A DNA stretch of 33,925 nucleotides from a virus (Duplodnaviria; Caudoviricetes): the IMG/VR virus record IMGVR_UViG_3300022886_000001, positions 1-33,925 of that record; one strand, given 5' to 3'. The notes beneath the pieces were generated by a model. It was not told where the DNA came from. It ran no database searches and saw only the letters and a list, made by a program, of their open reading frames with translations. A program made the position numbers and the translations under genes. This document shows, piece by piece, positions 1 through 9,442 of this stretch; the stretch's first letter is position 1, and each line of letters begins with the position of its first letter.

Positions 1-127
1 GCCATAGTTTCACCAATCAAAGCCATAGCTCCTGTAGATCCTAAATTTAAAGTTCCTGTAGTTACCATTTTAATTCCATCGCTATCCATGGAGATTGCAG
101 ATTTATCAGCCATAGCTAAATTAATCT
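1..127. repeat. Terminal direct repeat, identical to 33799-33925 (circular assembly overlap)
   Basis: First 127 nt match the last 127 nt exactly; 127 is a common assembler k-mer; the spike ORF stays in frame across the join. Confidence 0.97.
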
Positions 128-575
128 TGCCTTCGGTGGACATTTGAATTAAAATAGGTAATCCAGAATTAGAATTACTTAATTGTAGTAAATGTGTAAT
201 GCTAGCGACAGAACCATCATCCTTATAAATAGACCTTCCTGTTCCAGTATTGTTAGGCCCACCAGCATAAATACTAGTTTCTCCTTCAGCTAAAGAACCA
301 TAGATAGCGTTACCTCTAATATCTCTAGAAGCAAAACAAACATCTCCACGTGATTGAGTAATGGCTAAGGTTTGACAAGAGCTTTTACCTGCAATAGCTT
401 TGGCAGGACGAGAAGCAAAACCTACATGTTGCCACCATTCAGCACCATCACATCGGGTTTCATTATTGACAGCATCACCAGTTTGAACTGAAATAGCTCC
501 ATTTTTAGCATTTAAAGTGCTACCTAAAACGCTAGCTCCAATATCAAATAAGCTGGTTAAATGAGGTACTGACAT
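1..575 (-). CDS. Baseplate spike / assembly protein V (Mu gp45-like), 5' part; continues across the circular junction to 33582 (263 aa total)
   Basis: ATG at 575 (MSVPHLTSLFDIG...AEWWQHVGFASRP...SLAEGETSIY); the QHxGFASRP and LxEGExxIY motifs are typical of Mu gp45; in frame with the 33582..33911 ORF; follows the gp44-like gene. Confidence 0.85.
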   Translation of the reverse strand, partial: MSVPHLTSLFDIGASVLGSTLNAKNGAISVQTGDAVNNETRCDGAEWWQHVGFASRPAKAIAGKSSCQTLAITQSRGDVCFASRDIRGNAIYGSLAEGETSIYAGGPNNTGTGRSIYKDDGSVASITHLLQLSNSNSGLPILIQMSTEGKINLAMADKSAISMDSDGIKMVTTGTLNLGSTGAMALIGETM

Positions 576-578
576 AAT

Positions 579-1844
579 TTATCCTATAATCATTGTATAA
601 GGTTTGATTAGTTTTAAATTGGTAGCTGTTCCACCAGAGTAAGATTTGGTAAAGGTTTTATCTAAAATCCAATAAACCTCATTGGTATCATTAACTTCGT
701 CATAGATATTAACTGAAGTATTTGTAGTCCAAGGAATACCATTTTGAGTATGATTTTGAACTGTGCCAGACAACTGAATAGCTTGTTGTTGTCTTTCAGC
801 CATTTCTCGAATGGTGAATTTTTCCAATTGTGCTAAGTCTTGAGCTTCATCATCTTTTAAGTACAACGGACCAGCAATAGTTTTAGAAGCAAAGGATTTT
901 CTAGTAGAGATTAATTTAGGTCTAATTGGTAAAATTTTAGCACTTTGTTTTTTATACTCGGCGATAATATTTCTAACACTAGGTAAAAGATTTCCTCCTA
1001 AATCTAGACCGTAAAGCTCATTAACCATCACAATACAAGGAGCAATATAATCAGAATCTTGCCCACCTCCTCTACCTGAAGCTATAATAACTGTAGGCTG
1101 TCTAGTATTGTCATAAACTTTAGTAGCATACATTAAGTTATTTTGACCAGCTTCATTTTGATTTTTAGCCACCTTTAAATTAAAGATTGGAGGGTTATCA
1201 AAATTAGGTTTAGCTACAATGACTCCTGTTCCATCCGCTACCGCCCAGATCATAAAACCATAACGTTTTAAAATTTGATCTAGAAAAGCAAAATTACCTT
1301 GTCCATAATGAGCTTTTAATTTTTTAACTAACTTGCCATCTAAATCTTCTGCATCAGGATCAGGTACTCTTTTAGTTCCTGTCATGATATTGAAATTGAT
1401 ATCATCACTATTGTAAATTTTATTAGCCTGTAGTTCAGTTCCTAATGGAGATTGATCTAGAATGTTTTGAATAAACTTCAACAAACTAGACTGTACTGAG
1501 AATTTAAAATGAGGATTGACAGTAGATTCAATTACACTGGCCATGATATCTCGACCTTGAATTTGAATTGAAGTACCGGAACTAGAATTTTCTCCTATAG
1601 TTTTTTTATCAATAAAACCAACGCATTGAATTTTATCATTGATAGAAATTTCTACTTTAGCACCAGGAACTAAAATTTCATTATAAGTAGGGTCTTCATC
1701 AGAAACTGTAAAGCTCCATTCCTGAGTTGGTTTTAGGAAATTCTGATTGAGAGAATAACTTTCCCAATTTTGAATTTTCTTTTCTAATCCTGGAAGTTTA
1801 ATGACTACGGTGTCATTTTCACTTTCACCTGGTTTTAAAGTCAT
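579..1844 (-). CDS. Baseplate hub protein (Mu gp44/gpP-like)
   Basis: 421 aa; WESYS...WSFTV...GFIDK...IQGRD pattern and C-terminal TKSYSGGTATNLKL; lies between the gp43-like and spike genes. Confidence 0.85.
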   Translation of the reverse strand: MTLKPGESENDTVVIKLPGLEKKIQNWESYSLNQNFLKPTQEWSFTVSDEDPTYNEILVPGAKVEISINDKIQCVGFIDKKTIGENSSSGTSIQIQGRDIMASVIESTVNPHFKFSVQSSLLKFIQNILDQSPLGTELQANKIYNSDDINFNIMTGTKRVPDPDAEDLDGKLVKKLKAHYGQGNFAFLDQILKRYGFMIWAVADGTGVIVAKPNFDNPPIFNLKVAKNQNEAGQNNLMYATKVYDNTRQPTVIIASGRGGGQDSDYIAPCIVMVNELYGLDLGGNLLPSVRNIIAEYKKQSAKILPIRPKLISTRKSFASKTIAGPLYLKDDEAQDLAQLEKFTIREMAERQQQAIQLSGTVQNHTQNGIPWTTNTSVNIYDEVNDTNEVYWILDKTFTKSYSGGTATNLKLIKPYTMIIG

Positions 1845-1858
1845 AATTTCCTGAAAGA

Positions 1859-2821
1859 TTATTTGTTATAGTATTTAACTAATGTATCTTTTTTTACTCT
1901 TAAATTACTAACTAACTCTGGATTCAAATCAATTAATTCAGAACTAGAATTTTTAGTAGCTAGAGTTAAAGAAGCTAAAGTAGTTGTTTTAGGTACTTTA
2001 TAAAAATTGATATCGGTATTTTTCAGACCCAATTCTACTTTCATTAAGAATAAAGCTTCTAATAATTTATATTGAGAATCTTGAATTAACCCAATAGAAT
2101 TTACTATCTTTTTAGTTTTAGTTTGTACCAAAGTCACTGGGTTAGTAGTTATAATTTCTGTTGCAGTATTTACTTTATCAGTTAGTTTATCAACCTTAGC
2201 AATTACCGAATCAATTTTACCGCTGACTTTATTACCAATTAATTGTACTTGATCAACTACGGAAGTAAAGCTATTTACCATATCAGTAAAATTAGCAAAA
2301 CCATCCTGTTGTAATCCAGTGTCAATTGGTGGACTAAGTTGAGCTAAAGAAGCATCTAAATCAATAGCTGCTGAGGTGGCTTGAGCTACGGCTGATTGTT
2401 GAATTACTTGTTCTGCATCACTATCTACAGTTTCCAGAAATTGACAATCAGCTATTACTCCGCCTCTTTCATCGCTATTGATATTATGGCTTAAAGATAA
2501 AGGCTTACAGGTAATTTGGCCGTATAAAGGATGTACTAAAATTCCAGTAGTACGGTCTTTAATAGCATCTCTAAATTGTAACCAAGTATCAGGAAATAAA
2601 TTACTCCAAGTTTCTTGTTTGCCTTTAGCAATACTATTAATAAAGTAAGCTTTAACTTGGTAATGTAATGGAGCCAAACCAGTACCTTCAACTTGCGCTC
2701 CATCACGATCCATTTTACGATGAGGCACCATAGTTTGGCTGATATTTTCTGAAATATTTTGAATTGGAAATGAAATTCCTCTCCAAGAACACTCTAAGAA
2801 TTGTGAGAAAATATCAACCAT
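1859..2821 (-). CDS. Mu gp43-like DNA-circularization N-terminal domain protein with C-terminal LysM-like domain
   Basis: CSWRGISFP...GILVHPLYG...GGVIADCQFLE signature; C-terminal YKV..TTLASL..ELIDLNPEL; directly after the tape measure. Confidence 0.85.
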   Translation of the reverse strand: MVDIFSQFLECSWRGISFPIQNISENISQTMVPHRKMDRDGAQVEGTGLAPLHYQVKAYFINSIAKGKQETWSNLFPDTWLQFRDAIKDRTTGILVHPLYGQITCKPLSLSHNINSDERGGVIADCQFLETVDSDAEQVIQQSAVAQATSAAIDLDASLAQLSPPIDTGLQQDGFANFTDMVNSFTSVVDQVQLIGNKVSGKIDSVIAKVDKLTDKVNTATEIITTNPVTLVQTKTKKIVNSIGLIQDSQYKLLEALFLMKVELGLKNTDINFYKVPKTTTLASLTLATKNSSSELIDLNPELVSNLRVKKDTLVKYYNK

Positions 2822-2829
2822 ATTGTTCC

Positions 2830-4746
2830 TTATTTATCTGCATTAGATTTAGCACGATTTAAAGATTTAGAAGCAGCTAGTTCATCTTTTTTAGCTTTTA
2901 TTACTTCTTTTGTTACTGCTAATTCTTCTTGCTTGGCTTTTGTTAACTCTGCATGTACCGGATCAACAGTAGGATTACTTCCAGGTTTTTCCAAAGTATT
3001 CTTGTCAGTAGAGCCAGCAATAGGTGTAGTATTTAATTCTTCTGTCTCTTCTTCCGGTAATCCTAAAGCTTTTCTATAAGGTTTCATAATCATTGGAGGC
3101 AGAAAATTACCATAAAATTTTGACATGCCTTCGGCAGCTGTATCATTTACTCGACCAAAAAAACTTTCATGATCATACATCCCAAATTTCTTAGCTTCTT
3201 CATCAATCTCAGGTTTTCCTTCAGTATTTTCATCACTACCAAGACCTTTCATTATTCCAAGAATAAGTTCGGCCATGGCTATCATAGCTTTGGATAAAAT
3301 AATTCCAGCATTAGCAATGTCGGGAGCCATTTTAGTAAACTCATCAACAAATTTACTTACTTCTGGCATGACCATAAGAAGTTTGTCTTTAATGAGATTC
3401 ATTGCTGTTTCCCATTTTTGACCACTGGTTTGCAATACTGTGTTTTCTTTATCTCTTTCAGTCTCCAAACTAGTATTAGCTTTGGCTAAACTTTTAATAA
3501 ACTCTTCTACTGCTTTAGCTCCTTCATCTTTAGAATCCTTGTCATTTTCTCCTCTAGCTTTTGCGTTTTTATAATTATCAGAATAAATATTGCTATAAGC
3601 TCCAATAAATTTTTGAGATTCATCCGTAAAACCTAGTTTAGTTAATTTACCAACATTTCCTTGAGTTTTACGGAAAATATCTCCTATAAATTTAGCTGGA
3701 TCTGCTAATTGCTCTACTCCAGAAGCATCTTTAATAACTGATTTTCTATCAACTTTCTTTCCTAATTTTAAAGATTCTTGAGTGAATTTTGACAAGCCGG
3801 TCATAGCTTCATCTTCTGAACCAATTTTAGGTTTAGCAGTTTGAAGTAAAGCTGAAGCCATAGATAAACCATCTTCTCCTTGAAATTTACCCGCTACTGC
3901 TGATAATTTTCCACCCAGTTTGGCAATAGATTTTAAAGGAATAGATCCTGTATCGCCTTGAGCTAGAAGTTTTAATAGTTTGTCTTGAACATTTTTAGTG
4001 GTATCACCTTCATTAGTGATATTACCAGCTAAGCTATATAGTTCTTTGGAATCAAAACCTCTTCCTTTAGAAATAGTAGCAATGGTATCCATTAACTCGA
4101 AACCCATTTTGGATTTACCAGTTAAATCTTGAAAAAGACCTTGGCCTTCTAGCAATTCATTAGTTCCAACGTTATGTTTTAAAGAGGCGGCTCTAACATT
4201 GCTTTGAATTTCTTGAGAAGTAACTTGTCCCATAGAAGAGTTGGCAATTTGGGCTGATTTAGTTTCAAGTTCCATTGCTGGTTTAATAACATCTTGCAAA
4301 ACAAAACTGGCAAATTGTTTTAAAGCAGCAGTAGCTAATTCAATGCCACCTTTCATTAAAGCGGCAGCACCTCCAACTATAGCGCCAGCTTTCATCAAAC
4401 CAATTGTATCGCTTCCTCCTGAACCAATTTCAGAAAAAGAACTAGAAGCTCCTCCTCCAAAAGCAGAACTATGTGCACTATTAGTTCCAGATAAAGCTCT
4501 CTTAGCTTGGTTTTTATTACTCAGAGCTTGGCTTAAACTTTCTTCTACTTTAGCTGAAGCTCTAAGGATAGCTTCTTTATCTTTAACTTCATTTTTAATA
4601 ATTTCTAATCGTTTTTTAGATGCACTTTCGGCAGATCGAATAGATTCATGCTCCAAATCAATCAAAACTGATTTTATTGATTTTAAAGTATTAAGTACCT
4701 CAGATACTCCTTCAGGTCTTAAAGAAATTATAATTGGAGCAGTCAT
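2830..4746 (-). CDS. Tail tape measure protein
   Basis: 638 aa, Ala/Gly/Lys-rich helical character, directly downstream of the tail chaperone. Confidence 0.85.
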   Translation of the reverse strand: MTAPIIISLRPEGVSEVLNTLKSIKSVLIDLEHESIRSAESASKKRLEIIKNEVKDKEAILRASAKVEESLSQALSNKNQAKRALSGTNSAHSSAFGGGASSSFSEIGSGGSDTIGLMKAGAIVGGAAALMKGGIELATAALKQFASFVLQDVIKPAMELETKSAQIANSSMGQVTSQEIQSNVRAASLKHNVGTNELLEGQGLFQDLTGKSKMGFELMDTIATISKGRGFDSKELYSLAGNITNEGDTTKNVQDKLLKLLAQGDTGSIPLKSIAKLGGKLSAVAGKFQGEDGLSMASALLQTAKPKIGSEDEAMTGLSKFTQESLKLGKKVDRKSVIKDASGVEQLADPAKFIGDIFRKTQGNVGKLTKLGFTDESQKFIGAYSNIYSDNYKNAKARGENDKDSKDEGAKAVEEFIKSLAKANTSLETERDKENTVLQTSGQKWETAMNLIKDKLLMVMPEVSKFVDEFTKMAPDIANAGIILSKAMIAMAELILGIMKGLGSDENTEGKPEIDEEAKKFGMYDHESFFGRVNDTAAEGMSKFYGNFLPPMIMKPYRKALGLPEEETEELNTTPIAGSTDKNTLEKPGSNPTVDPVHAELTKAKQEELAVTKEVIKAKKDELAASKSLNRAKSNADK

Positions 4747-4800
4747 AATGAATCCTTATTATTTATTTGGCCGTAGCTTTAGCATATGCTCTTTGAGCTG

Positions 4801-5403
4801 CTATGATACAGAGCTGTTGGCCGTCCGTAAGTTGTGCAATTCCAACGCCATAAGCAAAATTAGCGTTGTCTGGGCACCCAAGGAGAGAAAACCTAAAGGG
4901 TATTTGCTACCTCCCTCACCCAACCTTTCAATCCAAGCTTCATATTCTTCATTTCCCATAGCAGAGATAATAGGGCCAGTTTCCATTTGAACATAAAGAT
5001 ATTGCCTCATTAAAACTCCGACCTCATCTATAGTTAATTTACGGCTAATATCATCTACTGAAGGAAAAAAAGCTTTACTTAAATCTTCTGCTTTTCTACA
5101 AGCTTTGAATAAGATTTCAGCTGAGGAGCGATTTTCATAAACGGTTTTATATCCTTCGGCCATTTCATCAGATTTTGGCATATCTCCAGAGTTTTCTTTT
5201 AAGATTTTACGAGCATATCTCTCAGAATTAGCCGCTACAATTACTGATTCTTCTGAAGTCAAAGCTACCATAGCAATTTGACCAATACATTTACCATCTG
5301 AATCTTTGCGAGGGAAATCAACTAATTTATGTGGTCTGGGCATTTCATTAATTCTAGCCCAAAGTTCTTCTGCTGAAATGTTTTTAGGAGGAAATTGTGT
5401 CAT
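4801..5403 (-). CDS. Tail assembly chaperone (G-like); a -1 frameshift product would end at 4763
   Basis: Between tube and tape measure; contains in-phase slippery heptamer C CCT TTA. Confidence 0.75.
   Translation of the reverse strand: MTQFPPKNISAEELWARINEMPRPHKLVDFPRKDSDGKCIGQIAMVALTSEESVIVAANSERYARKILKENSGDMPKSDEMAEGYKTVYENRSSAEILFKACRKAEDLSKAFFPSVDDISRKLTIDEVGVLMRQYLYVQMETGPIISAMGNEEYEAWIERLGEGGSKYPLGFLSLGAQTTLILLMALELHNLRTANSSVS
4894..4900 (-). other. Programmed -1 ribosomal frameshift site CCCTTTA
   Basis: X XXY YYZ in correct phase (TAC CCT TTA); the -1 frame is open to TAA at 4763-4765, just before the tape-measure RBS. Confidence 0.75.
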
Positions 5404-5432
5404 GGTTCGTTCCTTGTTATAAAAATAAGAAT

Positions 5433-5503
5433 AAAAAAAAGCGGTAGCTACATCATCAAATCTACAAGTCCAGACACAGGTAGATTCAACGGTCGCTACC
5501 GCT
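5433..5503 (-). terminator. Long stem-loop followed by a U-tract (intrinsic terminator/attenuator) after the tail tube gene
   Basis: Minus strand AGCGGTAGC..CGTTGAATCTAC loop GTAGATTTGATG..GCTACCGCT then T-run. Confidence 0.7.
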
Positions 5504-5574
5504 AAAAAAATATTCAGTGGAAGGCAGTCGGCCTAATCCATCATTTGTTTTAATGTAATTTATAAATTATCTAT

Positions 5575-5605
5575 TAAATTTAGAAGTGTCTGGCTTCTAA
5601 ATTTA
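5575..5605. repeat. Perfect 12-bp stem hairpin TAAATTTAGAAG-TGTCTGG-CTTCTAAATTTA
   Basis: Inverted repeat read directly from the sequence. Confidence 0.85.
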
Positions 5606-5621
5606 TATTAACTTATTTTAG

Positions 5622-5999
5622 TTATTCCCAATCAGCCGGCCCACCTCTAAATTCGAAATCTAGTTTGGAAGCTCCATCTACCGCATGAGAAAAGTTGTCG
5701 CTAAAAATACTTCCTTTAACAGTTAAAGTTTTTCCAGCCGCAAAAATGCTAATTTCTACGGGTATGTCAGCTTTAACGAAAAATAGACCAGGGTTTACTT
5801 CAAAGTCTGCTGTAGGAACGGCATTAGAAACCGAAATCATTGTCATTCCTGATCCAGGACTTTCACCTGCATAGCCTAAAGCTACTGTTTTAACCGGCTG
5901 TGAGCCACTTTCTCTTTTGATTGTAACTGAAGTTTCTTGAGTTAGTTGGTTACTATTTAAGTAAATTGTAGCTTTAGTATAAGTTTGTGAGTTGCCCAT
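5622..5999 (-). CDS. Tail tube protein
   Basis: 125 aa, beta-rich, immediately after the sheath; size like the Mu tube. Confidence 0.8.
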   Translation of the reverse strand: MGNSQTYTKATIYLNSNQLTQETSVTIKRESGSQPVKTVALGYAGESPGSGMTMISVSNAVPTADFEVNPGLFFVKADIPVEISIFAAGKTLTVKGSIFSDNFSHAVDGASKLDFEFRGGPADWE

Positions 6000-6031
6000 G
6001 TTGAATTATTCCTTGCGTTATTATTTTAAGA

Positions 6032-7552
6032 TTAACCAACCTGATCAACTTTGAGAGCTATCTGATCAAGAATATCAATAGGTTGTAGAGGTATACGAGC
6101 GCTCAATCTAGTAGAAGGAGATGTTTCTCTAATTGCCTGTGTTTGAAGAATAATAGTAGCTACATTCTGTAGTAAATCATCTTCACCATAGTCTCGAACT
6201 AATCGATTAATTGAAGTTTTTAGAACTCTAGGAGTAACTACATTTGGACCTGGTACTGGAGCATTACCAACAGGATCATTTCCAATTAATTTACCTCGAA
6301 GTGTTAGAGAAACTTTAGTTACCAAATCATCTGTAAATCGATCACAAACTGTAACTTTATGTGCATCTCGAATACGATAATCAACTACCGAACCACTTAA
6401 AGAACGTGTCGTGATTCTTTTAACTAGATAAGTTGAACCATTGGTATTAACAGCAATAGGTGTCAAACCATTATTGAGAGCGGAAAGAATTTGTGAACGA
6501 GTTGGAGCAGCACCTGACAATGGAGCTTTTACTTTCCAATGAGTAGATGTGTCCGAATCATTACCATAAGAACTAAAGTTTAAACGAGGAATGAGTGGAG
6601 CTTCTTCTAGAGAATAAACCGCAGCAGCGTTAGCAGCAATTTCACCAGGCGACCAATCAGACTGAACTTGCCAAATTACTTCAGCACGAGCACCATTTAA
6701 AGCAATAGCAACAGTATTACCATTGCTAACAGTATCCAAAGAACCTGCAAAAACTCTTTGTCGAATACCATTAACTGGTAGAGCTTGAGTATTAACTTGA
6801 GATAATAGAGCACCAACTTGGGTTCCATCTTGAGCAGCACTAACAATGTAGTAAAATCTCTTGGCTAGAATAGTGGCCAAAGCAGTAACGTTAGAATCGC
6901 TAACACCTCCGCCTGTAAAGACAGTGGAAGCAACAGGAGTGACAGTTGTGCCAATACCTGAAGGTAGAATTTGCGCAAAATATCGAATGAAGTTACCACG
7001 TAATCCACCTTGACGTGAAGTTAAGGTAATAACACCAGCTGAATTGGTCGCAGTTGCAGCCCAATGAGTTTTGGCATTAACTTGGGCAATAGCGTTAGTA
7101 GCGATGGTGGTTGGAGTATCTCCTGAAACGATACCTGTATCCACAAACTCATCACCAACATAAATTCTTAAAACGCCACCAGAAGTAGCGTTAGTTGCAA
7201 CAGTAATTGTACCAGTAGCAATTGTATTTGATCCGCCTTCTGAAACTGCAATAAAATATAGAGGACTGGTTGTATTAACAGCTAGAAATCTACGAATCAT
7301 TTTATGTAATTCAGAACCTGTACCAGCTAAAGCAATTGCATCTGTTTCTGAAGTAAAAGAAACAGGAGTGTCAGGACCGTAAATAACCGTATCAGCAGTA
7401 GCCGAACCAGCTGAAGTTTTGTTGCCTATGAGTAAAACTGGATAGGTATTGGTTCCTGAAGAAGCAGCACCTTGAGCAAAAGATATTTCTGCATATTCTC
7501 CGGGAATCGGATCATTTGCAGCTAAACCAGTAAGAGGAATAGAAGCGACCAT
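6032..7552 (-). CDS. Tail sheath protein (Mu gpL-like)
   Basis: 506 aa; IPGEYAEISF, VLLIGNK, GTGSELH, ALNNGLTP, RITTR motifs typical of Mu-like sheaths. Confidence 0.93.
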   Translation of the reverse strand: MVASIPLTGLAANDPIPGEYAEISFAQGAASSGTNTYPVLLIGNKTSAGSATADTVIYGPDTPVSFTSETDAIALAGTGSELHKMIRRFLAVNTTSPLYFIAVSEGGSNTIATGTITVATNATSGGVLRIYVGDEFVDTGIVSGDTPTTIATNAIAQVNAKTHWAATATNSAGVITLTSRQGGLRGNFIRYFAQILPSGIGTTVTPVASTVFTGGGVSDSNVTALATILAKRFYYIVSAAQDGTQVGALLSQVNTQALPVNGIRQRVFAGSLDTVSNGNTVAIALNGARAEVIWQVQSDWSPGEIAANAAAVYSLEEAPLIPRLNFSSYGNDSDTSTHWKVKAPLSGAAPTRSQILSALNNGLTPIAVNTNGSTYLVKRITTRSLSGSVVDYRIRDAHKVTVCDRFTDDLVTKVSLTLRGKLIGNDPVGNAPVPGPNVVTPRVLKTSINRLVRDYGEDDLLQNVATIILQTQAIRETSPSTRLSARIPLQPIDILDQIALKVDQVG

Positions 7553-7561
7553 GAATTTTCC

Positions 7562-7828
7562 TTATTTATTTGTGATTTGTGAAAATTTAATACCACAAAG
7601 AAGAGCGGATTCTTGATCCATTACTTCTAAGTCACCGTCTTTCACGGCTTGAACGTATTCAGCACGAAATGGAATTACTTCGCCTTCTTCTTTAGGAACC
7701 CAACCTCCACACTCACCTAAACTAGGATCTAATCTACGGCCTATGAATCTACGTACTCCAGCATCCATAGCTTCATAGTTTTGGACTAAGGCTGTATGAG
7801 CCGCTTTTACTTTTAATGTTTTTTTCAT
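7562..7828 (-). CDS. Small pre-sheath protein (Mu gp38/DUF2635-like)
   Basis: 88 aa; LKVKA...EGEVIP..EYVQAVKDGDL; located just before the sheath. Confidence 0.6.
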   Translation of the reverse strand: MKKTLKVKAAHTALVQNYEAMDAGVRRFIGRRLDPSLGECGGWVPKEEGEVIPFRAEYVQAVKDGDLEVMDQESALLCGIKFSQITNK

Positions 7829-7842
7829 AGTACCTTGTACCT

Positions 7843-7885
7843 ATTGATGTAAGTGTTAGACTAAGTAAGCCTAAATTGACCAAAA
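7843..7885 (-). promoter_or_regulatory. Putative late promoter, copy 1 (TTGGTCAATTTAGGC-N13-CACTTACA)
   Basis: Intergenic, upstream of the tail operon; same motif and spacing at 16233 and 19611. Confidence 0.75.
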
Positions 7886-7890
7886 TTATG

Positions 7891-8622
7891 TTATTCAGTT
7901 AAGTCTGTTGCAAATTCTATTAAATCAATATTAGGATCTCCTGATTGATCGGCATATTGTACATAACCATCTAATCCATCCAAAGGATCGTAAGAACCGA
8001 TAACAAAATCTCTGCGCTCTTTAACATGTAGAGTTAATTCTACAGCTGGAAAAAAGACATTGGTTTGAGCTACTGATCCTGGCATAGAGCCAAAACTACA
8101 ACTAACAATTGACATTTCCTCAATACCAGCATCTCTAATAACTTGCTGTCCTGCATTATAATTAGGATCAAAACCAACTTCAGTTCTATCTAAAATTATT
8201 CTAGTAACTGAACGTAAGGCTGGACTAAGTTTTTCCATTTGAGCTGCATTTAAAGGAGGTAAAGCATATAGAAGTTTCAAAGTTCTATTTAGTTCATACC
8301 AATGTCTAGTTCTTTCTCCATAAGTTTCTTCAAAAGAATACAGAGCTAGCAATGGAAATTTGGTTTGAATTTGAGTCAAAAAAGGGCTAGGATCATAAGG
8401 CAATTTATAATTAACTACTTTACCAAGCAAATCTAAAGGAACTAAATCAGTATCAACAACTATAGCATCCCACCTTGGACCTAAATATAAATTTAACACT
8501 GCTTCATAGAAATCTAGTAAATAAAAAATTGCTGGATCTGCATCTTGTAAAAATGAATTGCTAGTTAAAGCTATTGGATAGATTACTCCTCCAACCTGGA
8601 ATGTAGCTTCTTCTAAGGCCAT
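7891..8622 (-). CDS. Putative tail terminator/completion protein
   Basis: 243 aa, FPLLALY motif; lies between the neck gene and the sheath block; call mainly from gene order. Confidence 0.55.
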   Translation of the reverse strand: MALEEATFQVGGVIYPIALTSNSFLQDADPAIFYLLDFYEAVLNLYLGPRWDAIVVDTDLVPLDLLGKVVNYKLPYDPSPFLTQIQTKFPLLALYSFEETYGERTRHWYELNRTLKLLYALPPLNAAQMEKLSPALRSVTRIILDRTEVGFDPNYNAGQQVIRDAGIEEMSIVSCSFGSMPGSVAQTNVFFPAVELTLHVKERRDFVIGSYDPLDGLDGYVQYADQSGDPNIDLIEFATDLTE

Positions 8623-8627
8623 AATTA

Positions 8628-9041
8628 TTAACCAATTTTCAGATAATCATTAAAGACTTCTTGAATTCGAGAGATTGCAGCTTGCTTGGATTGTTCTACG
8701 AAAGGTTGTGCTTTAGCTGGACCCACAGACTTTCTAAAAAGAGTTTGACCATTAGATAGAGTAAACCTTAATATTTTTCCTGGAGCAGCCACAATGCCAG
8801 GACGGCCGTTTTCTATGTAAGTGGCGTAATCTTTTTTGGAAACAACATCTCTACCGGAAACACCAGAATTATTTTTGCTTTCAAAAGACTTAGCTAATTT
8901 ACCTTTAGTTCTTTTAGCTTCTTCTTCAGCAATAATTTTAGCACTTTGATTTAAAGCAGAATTAATTCTGATTTTAAAAGAAGCAATATACTTATCTAAA
9001 TCAGCAATGAAATTCTTGGCATTTACGGTAGCATTAAGCAT
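8628..9041 (-). CDS. Neck/tail-completion protein (HK97 gp10-like)
   Basis: TKGKLAKS...YATYIENG...KAQPFVE motif set; basic protein. Confidence 0.75.
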   Translation of the reverse strand: MLNATVNAKNFIADLDKYIASFKIRINSALNQSAKIIAEEEAKRTKGKLAKSFESKNNSGVSGRDVVSKKDYATYIENGRPGIVAAPGKILRFTLSNGQTLFRKSVGPAKAQPFVEQSKQAAISRIQEVFNDYLKIG

Positions 9042-9049
9042 TTAATTCC

Positions 9050-9391
9050 TTAATATATAAAAGACCAATCTCCATCTAATCCAGTGTCTGGTTCAAGCAC
9101 TGTTCCTGTTGGAGCAGCAGGACATGGACCAGGAGGAGTGGTAGTTAATTGATAAGTTTCTGAAAGCAATCCTATTAATACACCATATCTAGTTCCGGGA
9201 TGAGCTGTATCTTCTAATGGTGTTGGATCTGTCCAGCTTTCTTGCCATTCTGTATTAATTAAATTAGCATAGGCTTGTGCAGCAACGCTTGCTTGAGCAT
9301 AAGTCCAAGGAGTAGAATGTATGACATTATTTTGATCCACTGCTCCGTTGGCATAAAAACTACAGATATAAGAATTGTTATCAACTGGCAT
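9050..9391 (-). CDS. Hypothetical protein
   Basis: 113 aa, AAGGA RBS, tightly packed in the operon. Confidence 0.65.
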   Translation of the reverse strand: MPVDNNSYICSFYANGAVDQNNVIHSTPWTYAQASVAAQAYANLINTEWQESWTDPTPLEDTAHPGTRYGVLIGLLSETYQLTTTPPGPCPAAPTGTVLEPDTGLDGDWSFIY

Positions 9392-9442
9392 GTTTATTTT
9401 CCTTAATTTGATTTATTGAATTATGATTTGTTTGGTAATTAA

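Noticed and set aside
1-127. 127-bp terminal repeat as biological phage ends
   Set aside because: Length equals a standard assembler k-mer and it falls mid-gene; most likely an assembly overlap
4757-4803. TAG read-through or TAG-to-Gln recoding
   Set aside because: Structural genes are intact under code 11, and the -1 frame explains the chaperone region better
4241-4990. 249-aa plus-strand ORF and other antisense ORFs (10275, 10633, 13251, 15398, 15686, 16680, 22381, 25920, 28729, 29779, 31686, 32792, 33284)
   Set aside because: Shadows of well-supported genes on the opposite strand, without convincing RBS or motifs
5404-5621. tRNA in the structured spacer
   Set aside because: No cloverleaf or T-loop consensus
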